Positions 30,395 to 42,100 of a stretch of DNA of 64,000 nucleotides are shown one piece after another; position 1 is the first letter of the stretch; each line of letters opens with the position of its first letter. The notes beneath the pieces were generated by a model. The model saw only the letters and a program-made list of their open reading frames with translations, was not told the origin of the DNA and made no database searches. The translations under genes were made by a program, and so were the position numbers. The DNA is from Candidatus Delongbacteria bacterium (lineage in GTDB: Bacteria > CAIWAD01): contig OY760505.1 of the NCBI GenBank assembly GCA_963663545.1, forward strand, positions 2,848,001-2,912,000, read 5' to 3'.

Positions 30395-31633
30395 ATGGAA
30401 GGCCCTGCAAACTATCGCAGAATGCTCGCCCCACGTCTACTGGTGGCGCTGACGGATACACCGGTGGTGCTCATTCACGGCCCGAGACAGTGTGGAAAGA
30501 CCACCCTGGCGCGCATGGTGGGCGAAGAGTCCGGATACAGCTACATCACTTTCGATGATGAAAACCTCCTGATCGCTGCCAGGGAGGACCCCGTCGCCTT
30601 TGTGGCTGAGCTTCCGGCGCGCGTCATTCTGGACGAGGTGCAGCGGGTGCCCGAGCTCTTTCTTTCTCTGAAGGCTGCCGTTGACGCAGATCGACAGCCG
30701 GGCCGCTTCATCCTGACCGGATCGGCTAACGTGCTCCTGCTGCCCAGACTGGCGGATTCTCTGGCCGGGCGCATGGAGATTCTGCGGTTGCATCCTTTTG
30801 CGCAGTGCGAAGTACAGGGGCGACATCCCGCCTTCCTTGCGCAACTCTTTGCTGGTCGTCTCGAGGCGCCCGCTTCCGCTCGTCGTATGGGAGCGGAGCT
30901 GGCGGAGGTCATCGTCGCTGGCGGTTACCCCGCTGCGCTGGCGCGCTCCACGCCTCGTCGGCGAAGCGCCTGGTATCGCGACTACATTGAAAGCCTCATC
31001 CTGCGCGATGTTCGCGAGCTGACGCAGATCCGCTCCATGGAGGCCTTGCCCCGTCTGCTGCAGGCGTTGGCAGCTCAGAGCTCGAACCTGCTAAATGTGT
31101 CTGCGCTGGCTGCACCTTTTCAGCTGAGCCGACCTACCATTCGCGAGTACATGACCCTGCTCGCCCGTATTTTTCTGGTGGACGAGCTTGCCCCCTGGCA
31201 TAGCAATCAACTGAAGCGGCTAGTGAAAACGCCAAAGGTCCATCTTGGTGATACGGGCCTGGCCTGCAATCTGTTAGGTGTAGGCGCGGAGCAGCTCTGG
31301 CAGAATCGCCCTCTTTTCGGCGCGATGCTCGAAAGCTTCCTTTTCCAGGAGATTCGACGTCACGCGAGTTGGCACGAGGAGCCTGTGAGCTATTACCACT
31401 TTCGCGACAAGGACGGCGTCGAGGTCGATCTGGTGCTGGAATCGGCGGGACAAGTCGCCGGAGTGGAGGTGAAGGCCGCTTCCACCATTCGCACCACTGA
31501 TTTCAAGGGCCTGCGCAAACTGCGTGATACATTGGGCGAGACCTTCACCGCTGGCGTCCTGCTCTACGACGGTGATACACTACTTCCTTTCGGCGACAGA
31601 CTTTGGGCTCTGCCCATCTCTGCAGTCCTTTAG
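30395..31633 (+). CDS. AAA+ ATPase with DUF4143 / C-terminal PD-(D/E)xK-like domain
   Basis: GPRQCGKTT, ILDEVQR, LTGS, SLAGR, GGYP, KTPKVHLGDTG, EVDLV...EVK. Confidence 0.9.
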   Translation: MEGPANYRRMLAPRLLVALTDTPVVLIHGPRQCGKTTLARMVGEESGYSYITFDDENLLIAAREDPVAFVAELPARVILDEVQRVPELFLSLKAAVDADRQPGRFILTGSANVLLLPRLADSLAGRMEILRLHPFAQCEVQGRHPAFLAQLFAGRLEAPASARRMGAELAEVIVAGGYPAALARSTPRRRSAWYRDYIESLILRDVRELTQIRSMEALPRLLQALAAQSSNLLNVSALAAPFQLSRPTIREYMTLLARIFLVDELAPWHSNQLKRLVKTPKVHLGDTGLACNLLGVGAEQLWQNRPLFGAMLESFLFQEIRRHASWHEEPVSYYHFRDKDGVEVDLVLESAGQVAGVEVKAASTIRTTDFKGLRKLRDTLGETFTAGVLLYDGDTLLPFGDRLWALPISAVL

Positions 31634-31771
31634 GAGTCTATCAGACGAATGCTTTCGATGGATCTCGAGTTCATCTTGGCTGGATGAACCGGGAAGCATC
31701 CTGTCCCATCCCCCCGCTATCTTCACAGCGTACTTGAGAGGACACCAGAGAAAAGCAGGAGCCAAATCCTC

Positions 31772-33562
31772 ATGTGTTCTGATTCCACCTCTTCGCAATC
31801 TCAACAGGATGAGTTACAGCGTGCACTTGAAGCCCTGAGCGCGTCTGTACTACGGGAGTTCGTGATACAAAACCTCGATTGGCTGCCCGATTTGCGCCGC
31901 AAGCGTATTGAGCAGGAGATCATCGAGCAGGCCGCACGAGTGGACGCCTCCTTTGTGTCACAAGAAGCGCTGCCGGATGTGTTACAACGTGCACAGAATC
32001 TGTTGGAAGAAGGCTTGGAGGAAGGGTGGGCCAACCCGGAGGAAGTGGACGAAATCCTTCTGGAGGGCCGACGTGCTTTTCTGCGCCGGGATTACGCCCT
32101 TGCCAGCGGAATCTTCGGGCTATTGCTTGAGCCGCTTGCCGAATGTGAAATCTGTCTGGGGCAACACGAAATGCTGGAGGAAGTGCTCAGCGTTGAGATG
32201 ATGGATTGTGCGGCCAAATACGTGGTAGCAGAATACATGCTTGCGGAACCGGCGACTCGCGCGGTTCGAGTTCAGGCTGCCATCACTCTTGTGTGTGCCT
32301 GTGGAGGCTTCCACTGGCCTCTGATGAGATTGGAGCAAACCGCGATTGAGGAGCTGCCGGACTTTGAAGCCTTTCTGCGGGATTGGCAGATCTTGCTGGA
32401 GAGAATGGCAGCTAACCATGAGACAAGCCTGGGAGTCTGTCGGGCTTGGACCTTCGATGGGATTCGCTCCCATGTTGAGGCCGATTTCCCGAAGGTTTTG
32501 CAGTGCATATCGGGTGATATGTGCAAAAAAGCTTCGGGAAATCGGACCGACAGGGGCGATGAAGACCGCGAAGCGGTCAAGTCCGACAGACTCCTAGTGG
32601 ACGGTGATCTGCAAAACTGGCGACGCGAAGTAGCCCTGCGGCTTGAGGGCATTGCCGGACTGGCGCGCATCTCGCATTCATCAGGGCGCAGCGCCGATTA
32701 CCGTGCCTGGTGTCGCGAGCTGCGGCAGCAGCAGGCGTGGGCGCAACTGCTGGAAGCGGCAGACGAGGCTGCACAGCATGTTGAAGAGCAGGATGCCGTT
32801 CGGCTCGAATTCATGGAGGAGGCTGCCTTTGCGGCCCAGAAGCTACAGTGTGAGAATTTTCGCGATCGCTTGTGGGCTATCTGGCGTAGTGCGCCCAGCT
32901 TCAAGCGATTGCTGCGCGTTCTGGGAGGGGCGAATAATGCGGCGGAGATGGGCACCCTGGCAAAGGAAGCGCTGGCTCTTTGTCCGGTAACTGCGAGCAA
33001 GGAGCGCGCGCTGCTCCATCTGCTTCGGCATGAGATTGAGCCATCAGCCGCTTTGCTCGGCGAAGCTGCAGGACTGGGCTGGTCTGGCGAGGAGCATCCC
33101 GGCTATCTGCTCTTTCACCAGTTCTGTTTAGCGCTGGGATGCGACACTGCGGAGTTATTGCTGCCTGTTGAGCGCGTGCCAGACTGGCGCGAGTTTATTG
33201 CTGATCCAAGCCGTCCGAGCTTTGCAAGAGTTGCGGATGACTTGCCTGTGCCCGAGCCGCAGGAGTTACTGAATCTTACCGGCGGATTCCCCGTGCTTTC
33301 GGATGAGGAGAGGCCCGCTATACTGCATGCGATGAGTCAGGCGGCAGAGAGACGTCTTGCTGAAGTTGCCAGCAGAAAGTACCGGCGACTATACGCGCAG
33401 GCGGCAACATTGGCGACACTTTGCGTGCAGCTGGATCCATCTGCTGAGAGCGCAGAGTGGTTGTTGACGCTTCGCCAGCGCTATCGCCGATTCTCAGCTT
33501 TGCAGGCTGAGTTTGATGCACTGACTGGGCGGGCTCTACTTGGCAGCTCTGTTTCCGGCTGA
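31772..33562 (+). CDS. Hypothetical helical-repeat protein
   Basis: 596-aa ORF with GGAG SD; C-terminal 'RRLYAQAA...YRRFSALQAEF'. Confidence 0.7.
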   Translation: MCSDSTSSQSQQDELQRALEALSASVLREFVIQNLDWLPDLRRKRIEQEIIEQAARVDASFVSQEALPDVLQRAQNLLEEGLEEGWANPEEVDEILLEGRRAFLRRDYALASGIFGLLLEPLAECEICLGQHEMLEEVLSVEMMDCAAKYVVAEYMLAEPATRAVRVQAAITLVCACGGFHWPLMRLEQTAIEELPDFEAFLRDWQILLERMAANHETSLGVCRAWTFDGIRSHVEADFPKVLQCISGDMCKKASGNRTDRGDEDREAVKSDRLLVDGDLQNWRREVALRLEGIAGLARISHSSGRSADYRAWCRELRQQQAWAQLLEAADEAAQHVEEQDAVRLEFMEEAAFAAQKLQCENFRDRLWAIWRSAPSFKRLLRVLGGANNAAEMGTLAKEALALCPVTASKERALLHLLRHEIEPSAALLGEAAGLGWSGEEHPGYLLFHQFCLALGCDTAELLLPVERVPDWREFIADPSRPSFARVADDLPVPEPQELLNLTGGFPVLSDEERPAILHAMSQAAERRLAEVASRKYRRLYAQAATLATLCVQLDPSAESAEWLLTLRQRYRRFSALQAEFDALTGRALLGSSVSG

Positions 33563-33670
33563 CGCTTCTCGGGCCGTAGGCCCGGATCATCTGGCGCGCA
33601 GAGCATCGTATTGGGCGCTGGCTGGATGTATGCGTGGTTGTAAGCTCTACGTGACACAAACGTTGAAACG

Positions 33671-33714
33671 GTGCCAGACAGGGGTCAGACACGTGCCAGA
33701 CCGGTGTCAGACCC
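33671..33714. repeat. Four 11-bp tandem repeats (GKGYCAGACNN)
   Basis: GTGCCAGACAG GGGTCAGACAC GTGCCAGACCG GTGTCAGACCC. Confidence 0.8.
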
Positions 33715-33780
33715 TTTGGCCCGAAAAGCCAGCTTATCCGGAGAAAATCAAGAAAATCCGGGCGTTCAAGCTGAGCTCCC

Positions 33781-33808
33781 TTGACTCTGCGGAGGAAAAG
33801 GCTATATT
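33781..33808 (+). promoter_or_regulatory. Sigma-70 promoter of the tRNA-tuf operon
   Basis: TTGACT-N16-TATATT upstream of tRNA-Tyr. Confidence 0.6.
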
Positions 33809-33873
33809 TCCTGTTCTTTCGCCTAAACGAAACCCAATCGGGCATCATCCAGGGCGAATTTGCTTTGACAGTT

Positions 33874-33956
33874 GGTAGGGTGCCCGAGTGGTTAAAGGGA
33901 GCAGACTGTAAATCTGCCGGCGGATGCCTACGTAGGTTCGAATCCTACCCCTACCA
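33874..33956 (+). tRNA. tRNA-Tyr (GTA)
   Basis: GGTAGGG/CCCTACC acceptor, GCAGA-CTGTAAA-TCTGC, long variable arm. Confidence 0.96.
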
Positions 33957-33968
33957 TTTGAAACGCTC

Positions 33969-34041
33969 GCGGGAGTAGCTCATTTGGTAGAGCATCAGCC
34001 TTCCAAGCTGAGGGTAGCGAGTTCGAGCCTCGTCTCCCGCT
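33969..34041 (+). tRNA. tRNA-Gly (TCC)
   Basis: GCGGGAG/CTCCCGC, TCAGC-CTTCCAA-GCTGA. Confidence 0.96.
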
Positions 34042-34059
34042 TCCGTGATTTTCCTGATT

Positions 34060-34132
<73 letters not shown>

Positions 34133-34140
34133 TTTGGAAG

Positions 34141-34166
34141 GATCCGCCGATTGGTGGATTTTTTTT
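34141..34166 (+). terminator. Terminator/attenuator-like hairpin between the tRNAs and tuf
   Basis: ATCCGCC-GATT-GGTGGAT followed by a T-run. Confidence 0.6.
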
Positions 34167-34218
34167 ACCAAGAGGCGGTCGAGTAGGTGTTCGACTGACT
34201 GCAAGAACGGAGAAGGCA

Positions 34219-35412
<1,194 letters not shown>

Positions 35413-35493
35413 CCTGATTCGTGAGACGGGGTCCTGGCGGCTCCGTCTCCTTCTTTTTCCGCCGCGGTGTTTCGCGGCATGAGGAGTTTCCCG

Positions 35494-35643
35494 ATGCGTG
35501 ACATCGTGATTCTGGCCTGCCCGGATTGTAAGCGACGCAACTACAACACGACGAAGAACCGTCGCAAGCATACTGGCCGGGTTGAATTCAAGAAGTTCTG
35601 TCCCTCGTGCAACAAGCATACCTTGCACAAGGAAACGAAGTAG
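35494..35643 (+). CDS. rpmG: 50S ribosomal protein L33 (Zn-binding type)
   Basis: [22 protein letters not shown]...[17 protein letters not shown], 49 aa (below the ORF-track cutoff). Confidence 0.96.
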   Translation: MRDIVILACPDCKRRNYNTTKNRRKHTGRVEFKKFCPSCNKHTLHKETK

Positions 35644-35655
35644 CGCTTTGCAAAC

Positions 35656-35729
35656 AGGCCAGTAGCTCGAATTGGTAGAGCGGCGGACTCCAAATCCGTA
35701 GGTTGGGGGTTCGAGTCCCTCCTGGCCTG
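35656..35729 (+). tRNA. tRNA-Trp (CCA)
   Basis: AGGCCAG/CTGGCCT, GCGGA-CTCCAAA-TCCGT; canonical position before secE. Confidence 0.96.
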
Positions 35730-35753
35730 TTTTCATTTATTCGGCGGTGTGTC

Positions 35754-35933
35754 ATGAACAAGCTGACGTTGTATCTGAGTGAAGTTCGCGAAGAGATGAG
35801 CAAGGTCCATTGGCCGGCCTGGCCTCAGCTCACCGAGCACACTTGGGTTGTGATCGTGATTTCCGTGATTCTGGCATTCACGATCTGGATTTTCGACCGT
35901 CTGCTGATGTGGCTGCTGGATTTCATTCTGTAG
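35754..35933 (+). CDS. secE: Preprotein translocase subunit SecE
   Basis: EVREEMSKVHWP motif plus TM; synteny. Confidence 0.93.
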   Translation: MNKLTLYLSEVREEMSKVHWPAWPQLTEHTWVVIVISVILAFTIWIFDRLLMWLLDFIL

Positions 35934-35941
35934 GACGCCCC

Positions 35942-36514
35942 ATGAGCGAGTCTTCACAGCCGATCCAATCCGAAGCCCCACAGGGCGAGCGCAAGTGGTA
36001 CGCCATCCAGGTCTACACAGGCCAGGAGGAGAAGGTCAAGCGCTACGTACTAGAAGAGGCGCGTCGGACCGGTCTTGCTGAGGAAATTACGGACGTTCAC
36101 ATCCCCACCGAAAAGCGTGTGGAGATGCGTGCGGGTAAGAAGAAAGTCAAGGAAGTTGTCAACTTCCCTGGCTACATGTTCGTCGAGATGGTGCTGAGTC
36201 TGCGTACGAAGCACTTCATCCAGAATGCTCCCAGCGTGCTCTATTTCGTCGGTCCCAACAATGAGCCCCATCCCCTTTCTGAGGCGGATGTGAAGCGCAT
36301 CATTGGTCGCATGGGCGAGAACGACGAACCGCAGTACGAGCACCGCTTCAAGGTCGGTGACACGGTCAAGGTAATCGACGGCCCCTTCAATGAGTTCACC
36401 GGTGTTCTGCAGGAGATCGATGACGGAAAGAAGAGGCTCAAGGTAATGGTGTCGATCTTCGGTCGATCCACGCCTGTCGAGCTTGGCTTTGGCCAAGTGG
36501 AGCCCATCGAGTAG
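35942..36514 (+). CDS. nusG: Transcription termination/antitermination factor NusG
   Basis: WYAIQVYTGQE, FPGYMFVEM, KOW GDTVKVIDGPF, IFGRSTPVEL. Confidence 0.98.
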   Translation: MSESSQPIQSEAPQGERKWYAIQVYTGQEEKVKRYVLEEARRTGLAEEITDVHIPTEKRVEMRAGKKKVKEVVNFPGYMFVEMVLSLRTKHFIQNAPSVLYFVGPNNEPHPLSEADVKRIIGRMGENDEPQYEHRFKVGDTVKVIDGPFNEFTGVLQEIDDGKKRLKVMVSIFGRSTPVELGFGQVEPIE

Positions 36515-36651
36515 TTTCACGGCTGCGCTCATCGCGTGGCCGTTTTCCAGTAGAGATGCGCTGCCTTCGAGCAGCAAAAGCCCGCACAGGGCTTTAGGTT
36601 TGCTAGTCGGTAGTGGAAGTCTGCCAAGCGGCAGTAGAACGAGGAACGATC

Positions 36652-37074
36652 ATGAAGAAGGTCGTCGGATACATCAAGCTTCAGTTGCCCGCCGGTGCTG
36701 CGACACCCGCTCCTCCCATTGGTCCCGCCTTGGGTCAGCATGGTGTGCAGATCATGGATTTCTGCAAGCAGTACAATGCGCGTACACAGGATCAGCGCGG
36801 AATGATCATCCCGGTGGTGATCACGGTTTATGCCGACCGCTCCTTCACTTTCATCACCAAGACTCCGCCTGCCTCGGCCCTTCTGAAGAAGGCTGCCGGC
36901 GTAGAGAAGGGCTCCGGTGTTCCCAACCGCGAGAAGGTGGGACGTGTGACCATGGCGCAGTGCCGTGAGATCGCCGAGCTCAAGCAGGCTGATTTGAATG
37001 CAAACGACCTCGACATGGGCGCTCGCATTATTGCGGGTACGGCTGTGTCGATGGGTCTTATCGTCGAAGAGTAA
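36652..37074 (+). CDS. rplK: 50S ribosomal protein L11
   Basis: [24 protein letters not shown]. Confidence 0.98.
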   Translation: MKKVVGYIKLQLPAGAATPAPPIGPALGQHGVQIMDFCKQYNARTQDQRGMIIPVVITVYADRSFTFITKTPPASALLKKAAGVEKGSGVPNREKVGRVTMAQCREIAELKQADLNANDLDMGARIIAGTAVSMGLIVEE

Positions 37075-37097
37075 CGGTAAACAGCCAAGGCAACGAC

Positions 37098-37802
37098 ATG
37101 AAGAGAAGCAAAAGGTACTCGGCTGCTTTCGCCAAAGTGGACCGTCTGAAGCAGTACGATCTTGAGGAAGCCATTGTGCTCCTTAAGGACTGCTGTTCGG
37201 TGCGCTTCAGCGAGACAGTTGAAGTAACCATGAACCTCGGCGTCGACCCGCGACATGCGGATCAGATCGTGCGAGGGACAGTTTCCCTGCCTCACGGGAC
37301 TGGCAAAAGCGTTCGTGTCCTTGTTCTGGCCAAGCCTGAAAAGCAGAAAGAAGCCGAGGACGCTGGCGCAGATTACGCTGGCCTCGATGAGCTCGTGGAG
37401 AAGATCCAGGGCGGTTGGCTCGACTTCGATTCTGTAATCGCCACACCCGATGTCATGGGCGTGGTGGGTAAGCTTGGCCGGATCCTAGGACCCCGCGGCA
37501 TGATGCCCAACCCCAAGGTGGGAACCGTCACGATGAATGTGGGTGACGCCGTCCGCGAGGTCAAGGCCGGTCGAATTGATTTCCGCGTCGACCGTTATGG
37601 TATCCTGCACGTCGGTGTAGGCAAGGCCGCCTTCAGCACCGAGCAGCTCGTCGAGAACATCGATGAGTTCGTTCGCACGGTCCTGAAGCTCAAGCCCGCC
37701 GGCGCCAAGGGCACTTATGTGCAGCGGATGAGCATCGCCAGCACCATGGGCCCCGGGATCAAGCTGGACAAGGCTCTGGTCTTGGCCAGGATCAAGAACT
37801 AG
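37098..37802 (+). CDS. rplA: 50S ribosomal protein L1
   Basis: [35 protein letters not shown]. Confidence 0.98.
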   Translation: MKRSKRYSAAFAKVDRLKQYDLEEAIVLLKDCCSVRFSETVEVTMNLGVDPRHADQIVRGTVSLPHGTGKSVRVLVLAKPEKQKEAEDAGADYAGLDELVEKIQGGWLDFDSVIATPDVMGVVGKLGRILGPRGMMPNPKVGTVTMNVGDAVREVKAGRIDFRVDRYGILHVGVGKAAFSTEQLVENIDEFVRTVLKLKPAGAKGTYVQRMSIASTMGPGIKLDKALVLARIKN

Positions 37803-37813
37803 GAGGATCCTGA

Positions 37814-38446
37814 ATGCCCACGCCACAAAAAGTACAGATCGTAGCTGATCTCAAGGAGCGGGTGTCCAGGGCCAACATGATTGCCCTGGCCGACTACAGC
37901 GGCCTTAGTGTGGAGCAGATCACGACCCTGCGTCGTCAGCTCCGCGAGGCCGATGCTGAGATGAAGGTTGTCAAGAACAACCTGATTCGCCTGGCTCTGC
38001 AAGAGAGTGCTTGGCCCACTGCCGCCGATGAGCTGCACGGCCCGACGGCCATTGCGATTGGTTATGGTGAAGCCGCTGCCCCTGCCAAGGTGCTGCGTAA
38101 GTTCGCCAAGTCCAATAACAAGGCCAAGCCTGAGGTGAAGAAGATTGGTTTCGAGACCGAGGTCCATGAAGGCACCTTCCTCGAGACTTTGGCGAGCATG
38201 CCGACCCGCGAAGAGGCTCTGGGCATGCTGGCTGGCGTGCTCAACAGCATCATCGCCAGCAGCGCGCGCGTCTTCAACGCCCTTAAGGATAAGATGGAAG
38301 AGCAGGGTGCTCAGACCGCCGGCGATCTGCTGAAAGCGGCGGCCCCCGCGAAGGAAACTCCGGCTGAAGCAGCCCCTGAGGCTGAGACGGCTCCGGAGGG
38401 TGAGGCCGCACCGGCAGAGGATGCCGGCGAGCAGCCCACCGAGTAA
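37814..38446 (+). CDS. rplJ: 50S ribosomal protein L10 (with Ala/Glu/Pro-rich tail)
   Basis: DYSGLSV...[22 protein letters not shown]; synteny. Confidence 0.95.
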   Translation: MPTPQKVQIVADLKERVSRANMIALADYSGLSVEQITTLRRQLREADAEMKVVKNNLIRLALQESAWPTAADELHGPTAIAIGYGEAAAPAKVLRKFAKSNNKAKPEVKKIGFETEVHEGTFLETLASMPTREEALGMLAGVLNSIIASSARVFNALKDKMEEQGAQTAGDLLKAAAPAKETPAEAAPEAETAPEGEAAPAEDAGEQPTE

Positions 38447-38483
38447 CGGTCTACGCAAACAAAGCGAATTAGGAGATCATACA

Positions 38484-38858
38484 ATGGCGTTCGATACGGC
38501 TGCCTTCCTCGAGCAGGTCAAGGAAATGACCGTTTCCGACCTCTCCGCCCTTGTCAAGGCGATCGAAGAGGAATTTGATGTGTCCGCCGCCGCTCCGGTG
38601 GCTGTGGTTGCTGGTGGTGGTGATGGTGGCGGCGTTGAAGCTGTCCAGACTGAGTTCGACGTGGTTCTGCAGTCGGCCGGTCAGAAGAAGATCGCTGTCA
38701 TCAAGGTTGTCAAGGAGATCAGCGGCCTTGGACTGAAAGAGTCCAAGGAGTTCGTCGACAACCTGCCCAAGGCCGTCAAGGAGAAAGTCTCCGAGGCCGA
38801 GGCCAACGAGCTCAAGGAAAAGCTCGAGGCCGAGGGTGCGACAGTCGAGATCAAGTAA
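38484..38858 (+). CDS. rplL: 50S ribosomal protein L7/L12
   Basis: TEFDVVL...KIAVIKVV...[12 protein letters not shown]. Confidence 0.98.
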   Translation: MAFDTAAFLEQVKEMTVSDLSALVKAIEEEFDVSAAAPVAVVAGGGDGGGVEAVQTEFDVVLQSAGQKKIAVIKVVKEISGLGLKESKEFVDNLPKAVKEKVSEAEANELKEKLEAEGATVEIK

Positions 38859-39108
38859 CCTGCGCACATGCGAACATCGGGCGCCACACCCCCAAGCGGG
38901 GTGTGGCTTCCATCTATTTTTCCAGCCTCTGTGACAGGACGGCTGAACGTGCAAGCCGAGTAATGCAGTGAACTGACATCCGTAGCCTGGACCTACCCCG
39001 CGTAACCACGCACACGATGTCGCCTGCCAGTCCCCGAAGGGACGAGTCGTCCACGTTTGGGTCCCCGCCATCAGAATGCGGGCCCGCGTCCCCAGGAGGA
39101 GGTCTTCC

Positions 39109-42100
39109 TTGAAGACAAAAAACACCATCCGCCGCCACTCGTTCGCCAAGATCCGCAAGCTCGTTGAGATGCCCGACCTGCTGGATGTACAGCTGCAAAG
39201 CTTCCGCCGCTTCATCCAGGCCGGCGTCCGCCCCGAGGAGCGGGAGAAGACGGGGTTGAACCACGTCTTTCTCAACATCTTTCCCATCATCGACAACCGC
39301 GAGGAGCACATCCTCGAGTTCTCGCACTACATCATTGAGCCGCCGAAGTACACGGTGGAGGAGTGCAAGGAACGCGGTGTCACCTACTGTGCTCCGCTGA
39401 AGGCTCGTCTGCGCCTTTCGCGTCGCAGCGGTAGCGACGACGGTTTCGGTGAGACCATCGAATCCGACGTCTATCTGGGCAACCTGCCCCTGATGACCGA
39501 CACCGGAACCTTCATCATCAACGGTTCCGAGCGCGTCATCGTCAGCCAGCTGCACCGCAGTCCCGGCGTTTTCTTCGGCGTCAGCTTCCACCAGAACGGT
39601 ACGCCGCTGTATGCCGCGCGCATCATTCCCTTCCGCGGTTCCTGGGTGGAGTTCACCACGGACATCAACGATGTGCTCTATGTGTACATCGATCGTCGCA
39701 AGAAATTCCCCGTCTCCACCTTGCTGCGCGCAGTCGGCTATACCGGCAACCTCGACATCTACAACCTCTTCGGCTTCAACGAAGAAGTGGCTGTCAACGG
39801 CAAGCACATCGATAGCTTCATCGGTCGCCTCCTCATTGAGGACGTGATCGACGAAGAAAGCGGCGAGATCCTCATCGAGAAGGGCAAAGAGCTCAACGAA
39901 GAGACCCTCGCCACTCTGCGCGAGAACAAGATCGCCCGCGTCCATCTGCTGAAGCCCGACGAAGAACGCGGCACTGGCTATGACATCGTCCGCAATACCC
40001 TGGCCAAGGATCCCACCCACAACCAGGAAGAAGCGCTGATGTACATCTATCGGGAGCTGCGCAACGGCGATGCCCCCGATCTGGATACGGCCCGCGGCCT
40101 GATCGAGAAGCTCTTCTTCGACGAGCGTCGCTACGATCTGGGCGCCGTCGGACGCTATCGGATGAATGCCAAGCTGCAGCTGACCGTGCCGATGGAAGTG
40201 ACCATTCTCACCACCGAGGATATCACCCACATCGTTCAGTACGTGCTGGAGCTGCGCGACGGCCAGCGTCCCACCGACGATATCGACCACTTGGGCAATC
40301 GCCGCGTGCGTACCGTGGGCGAGCAGCTTGCCAACCAGTTCTCGGTGGCGCTGACCCGCATGGCCCGCACCATCAAGGAGCGCATGAACCTGCATGACAA
40401 CGAGAAGTTGACGCCGCAGGATCTGATCAACGTGCGCACCATTTCGTCCGTGGTCAACACCTTCTTCGGCACCAACCAGTTGAGCCAGTTTATGGACCAG
40501 GTCAATCCCCTGGCGGAGCTGACTCACAAGCGTCGTCTTTCGGCTCTGGGCCCCGGCGGTCTAACCCGTGAGCGCGCTGGCTTCGAGGTGCGCGACGTCC
40601 ACTACACTCACTATGGACGTCTGTGCCCTATCGAGACCCCTGAAGGTCCGAACATCGGTCTGATCTCCAGCCTCTGCACCTACGCGCGCATTAATGAGCT
40701 GGGCTTTGTGGAGACTCCTTATCGCCGCGTCAAGGATTCGCGCGCGACCAAGGTGATCGAATACCTCAGTGCCGATGACGAAGATCGCTACACCATTGCG
40801 CAGGCCAACACCGAGACCGACGACAAGGGTGCCTTGCCGGAGGACATCATCAAGGCTCGTAACCGCGCCGAGTATCCGGTGGTGATGGCCAATGAGATCG
40901 ACTACATGGATGTGTCACCGGACCAGATCGTCTCGGTGGCCGCCAGCCTGATTCCCTTCCTTGAGCACGACGACGCCAACCGCGCCCTGATGGGCTCCAA
41001 CATGCAGCGCCAGGCGGTTCCGCTGGTGCGCCCGGCGGCTCCCTTCGTGGGAACCGGCATCGAGCGCAAAGCGGCCATCGACAGTCGCAGCGTGCTGGTG
41101 GCCGACGTCAGCGGAACGGTGACCTACGTCAGCGCTGACCGCATCGAGGTGACTCCCGCCACCCGTGCCAGTCGCGAAACCCGTCTGGCCCAGAAGGTGC
41201 GCGTCTACCCGCTGCGCAAGTTCGTGCGTAGCAACCAGGACACCTGCGTCAACCAGAAGCCGCTGGTGGTCGAGGGCGACAAGATCCGCAAGGGCGACAT
41301 CCTCGCTGACGGTTGCAGCACCGAGCGCGGCGACCTGGCCCTGGGCCGCAACGTGCTGGTGGCCTTCATGCCCTGGAATGGCTACAACTTTGAAGACTCC
41401 ATCATCCTCAACGAGCGCATGATGGCCGAGGACGTCTTCACTTCCATCCACATCAAGGAGGAAGTGCTGGAGGTTCGCGAGACCAAGCGCGGTGAAGAGG
41501 AGCTGACCAGCGAGATTCCTAACGTCAGTGAGGAAGCCACCCGTGACCTCGACGAGGATGGAATCATTCGCGTGGGCGCCAAGGTGCGTCCGGGATCCAT
41601 CATCATCGGCAAGGTGACGCCCAAGGGCGAGATGGAGAGCAGCCCCGAAGACAAGCTGTTGAAGGCCATCTTCGGCGACAAGGCTGGCGACGTCAAGGAC
41701 GCTTCCAAGACCGTGGGTCCGGGCGGCGGCGGTGTGATTATCAGCACCCGCCTCTACAGTCGCAAGAAGAAGGATGCCAAGACCAAGCGCGAAGAGAAGA
41801 AGCAGATCGAGCAGGTCGACCTTCAGCTGAAGGAGGATTTGTCGGTACTGCGCAACGCGCTGGAAGAGGATCTTTGCGATCTCCTCGTCGGCCGCAAGGC
41901 GGGCGAGATTCGCGTGGGTTCCACTGGCAAGCTGCAGATCAAGCCCGGCACCAAGATCACCGAGGCGCAGATCCGCAAGTTCGACTTCGACGATCTGAGC
42001 ACCACGATCCAGTGGACGGAAGAAGAGCAGGTGAACCAGGAGATCGAGAACCTGGTGAACAACTACATCGTGCAGAAGGACATTCTGAACACCGATGCTC

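Noticed and set aside
30335..33714. Short repeat arrays as CRISPR
   Set aside because: The units are 11-22 bp, contiguous and without unique spacers, and there are no cas genes.
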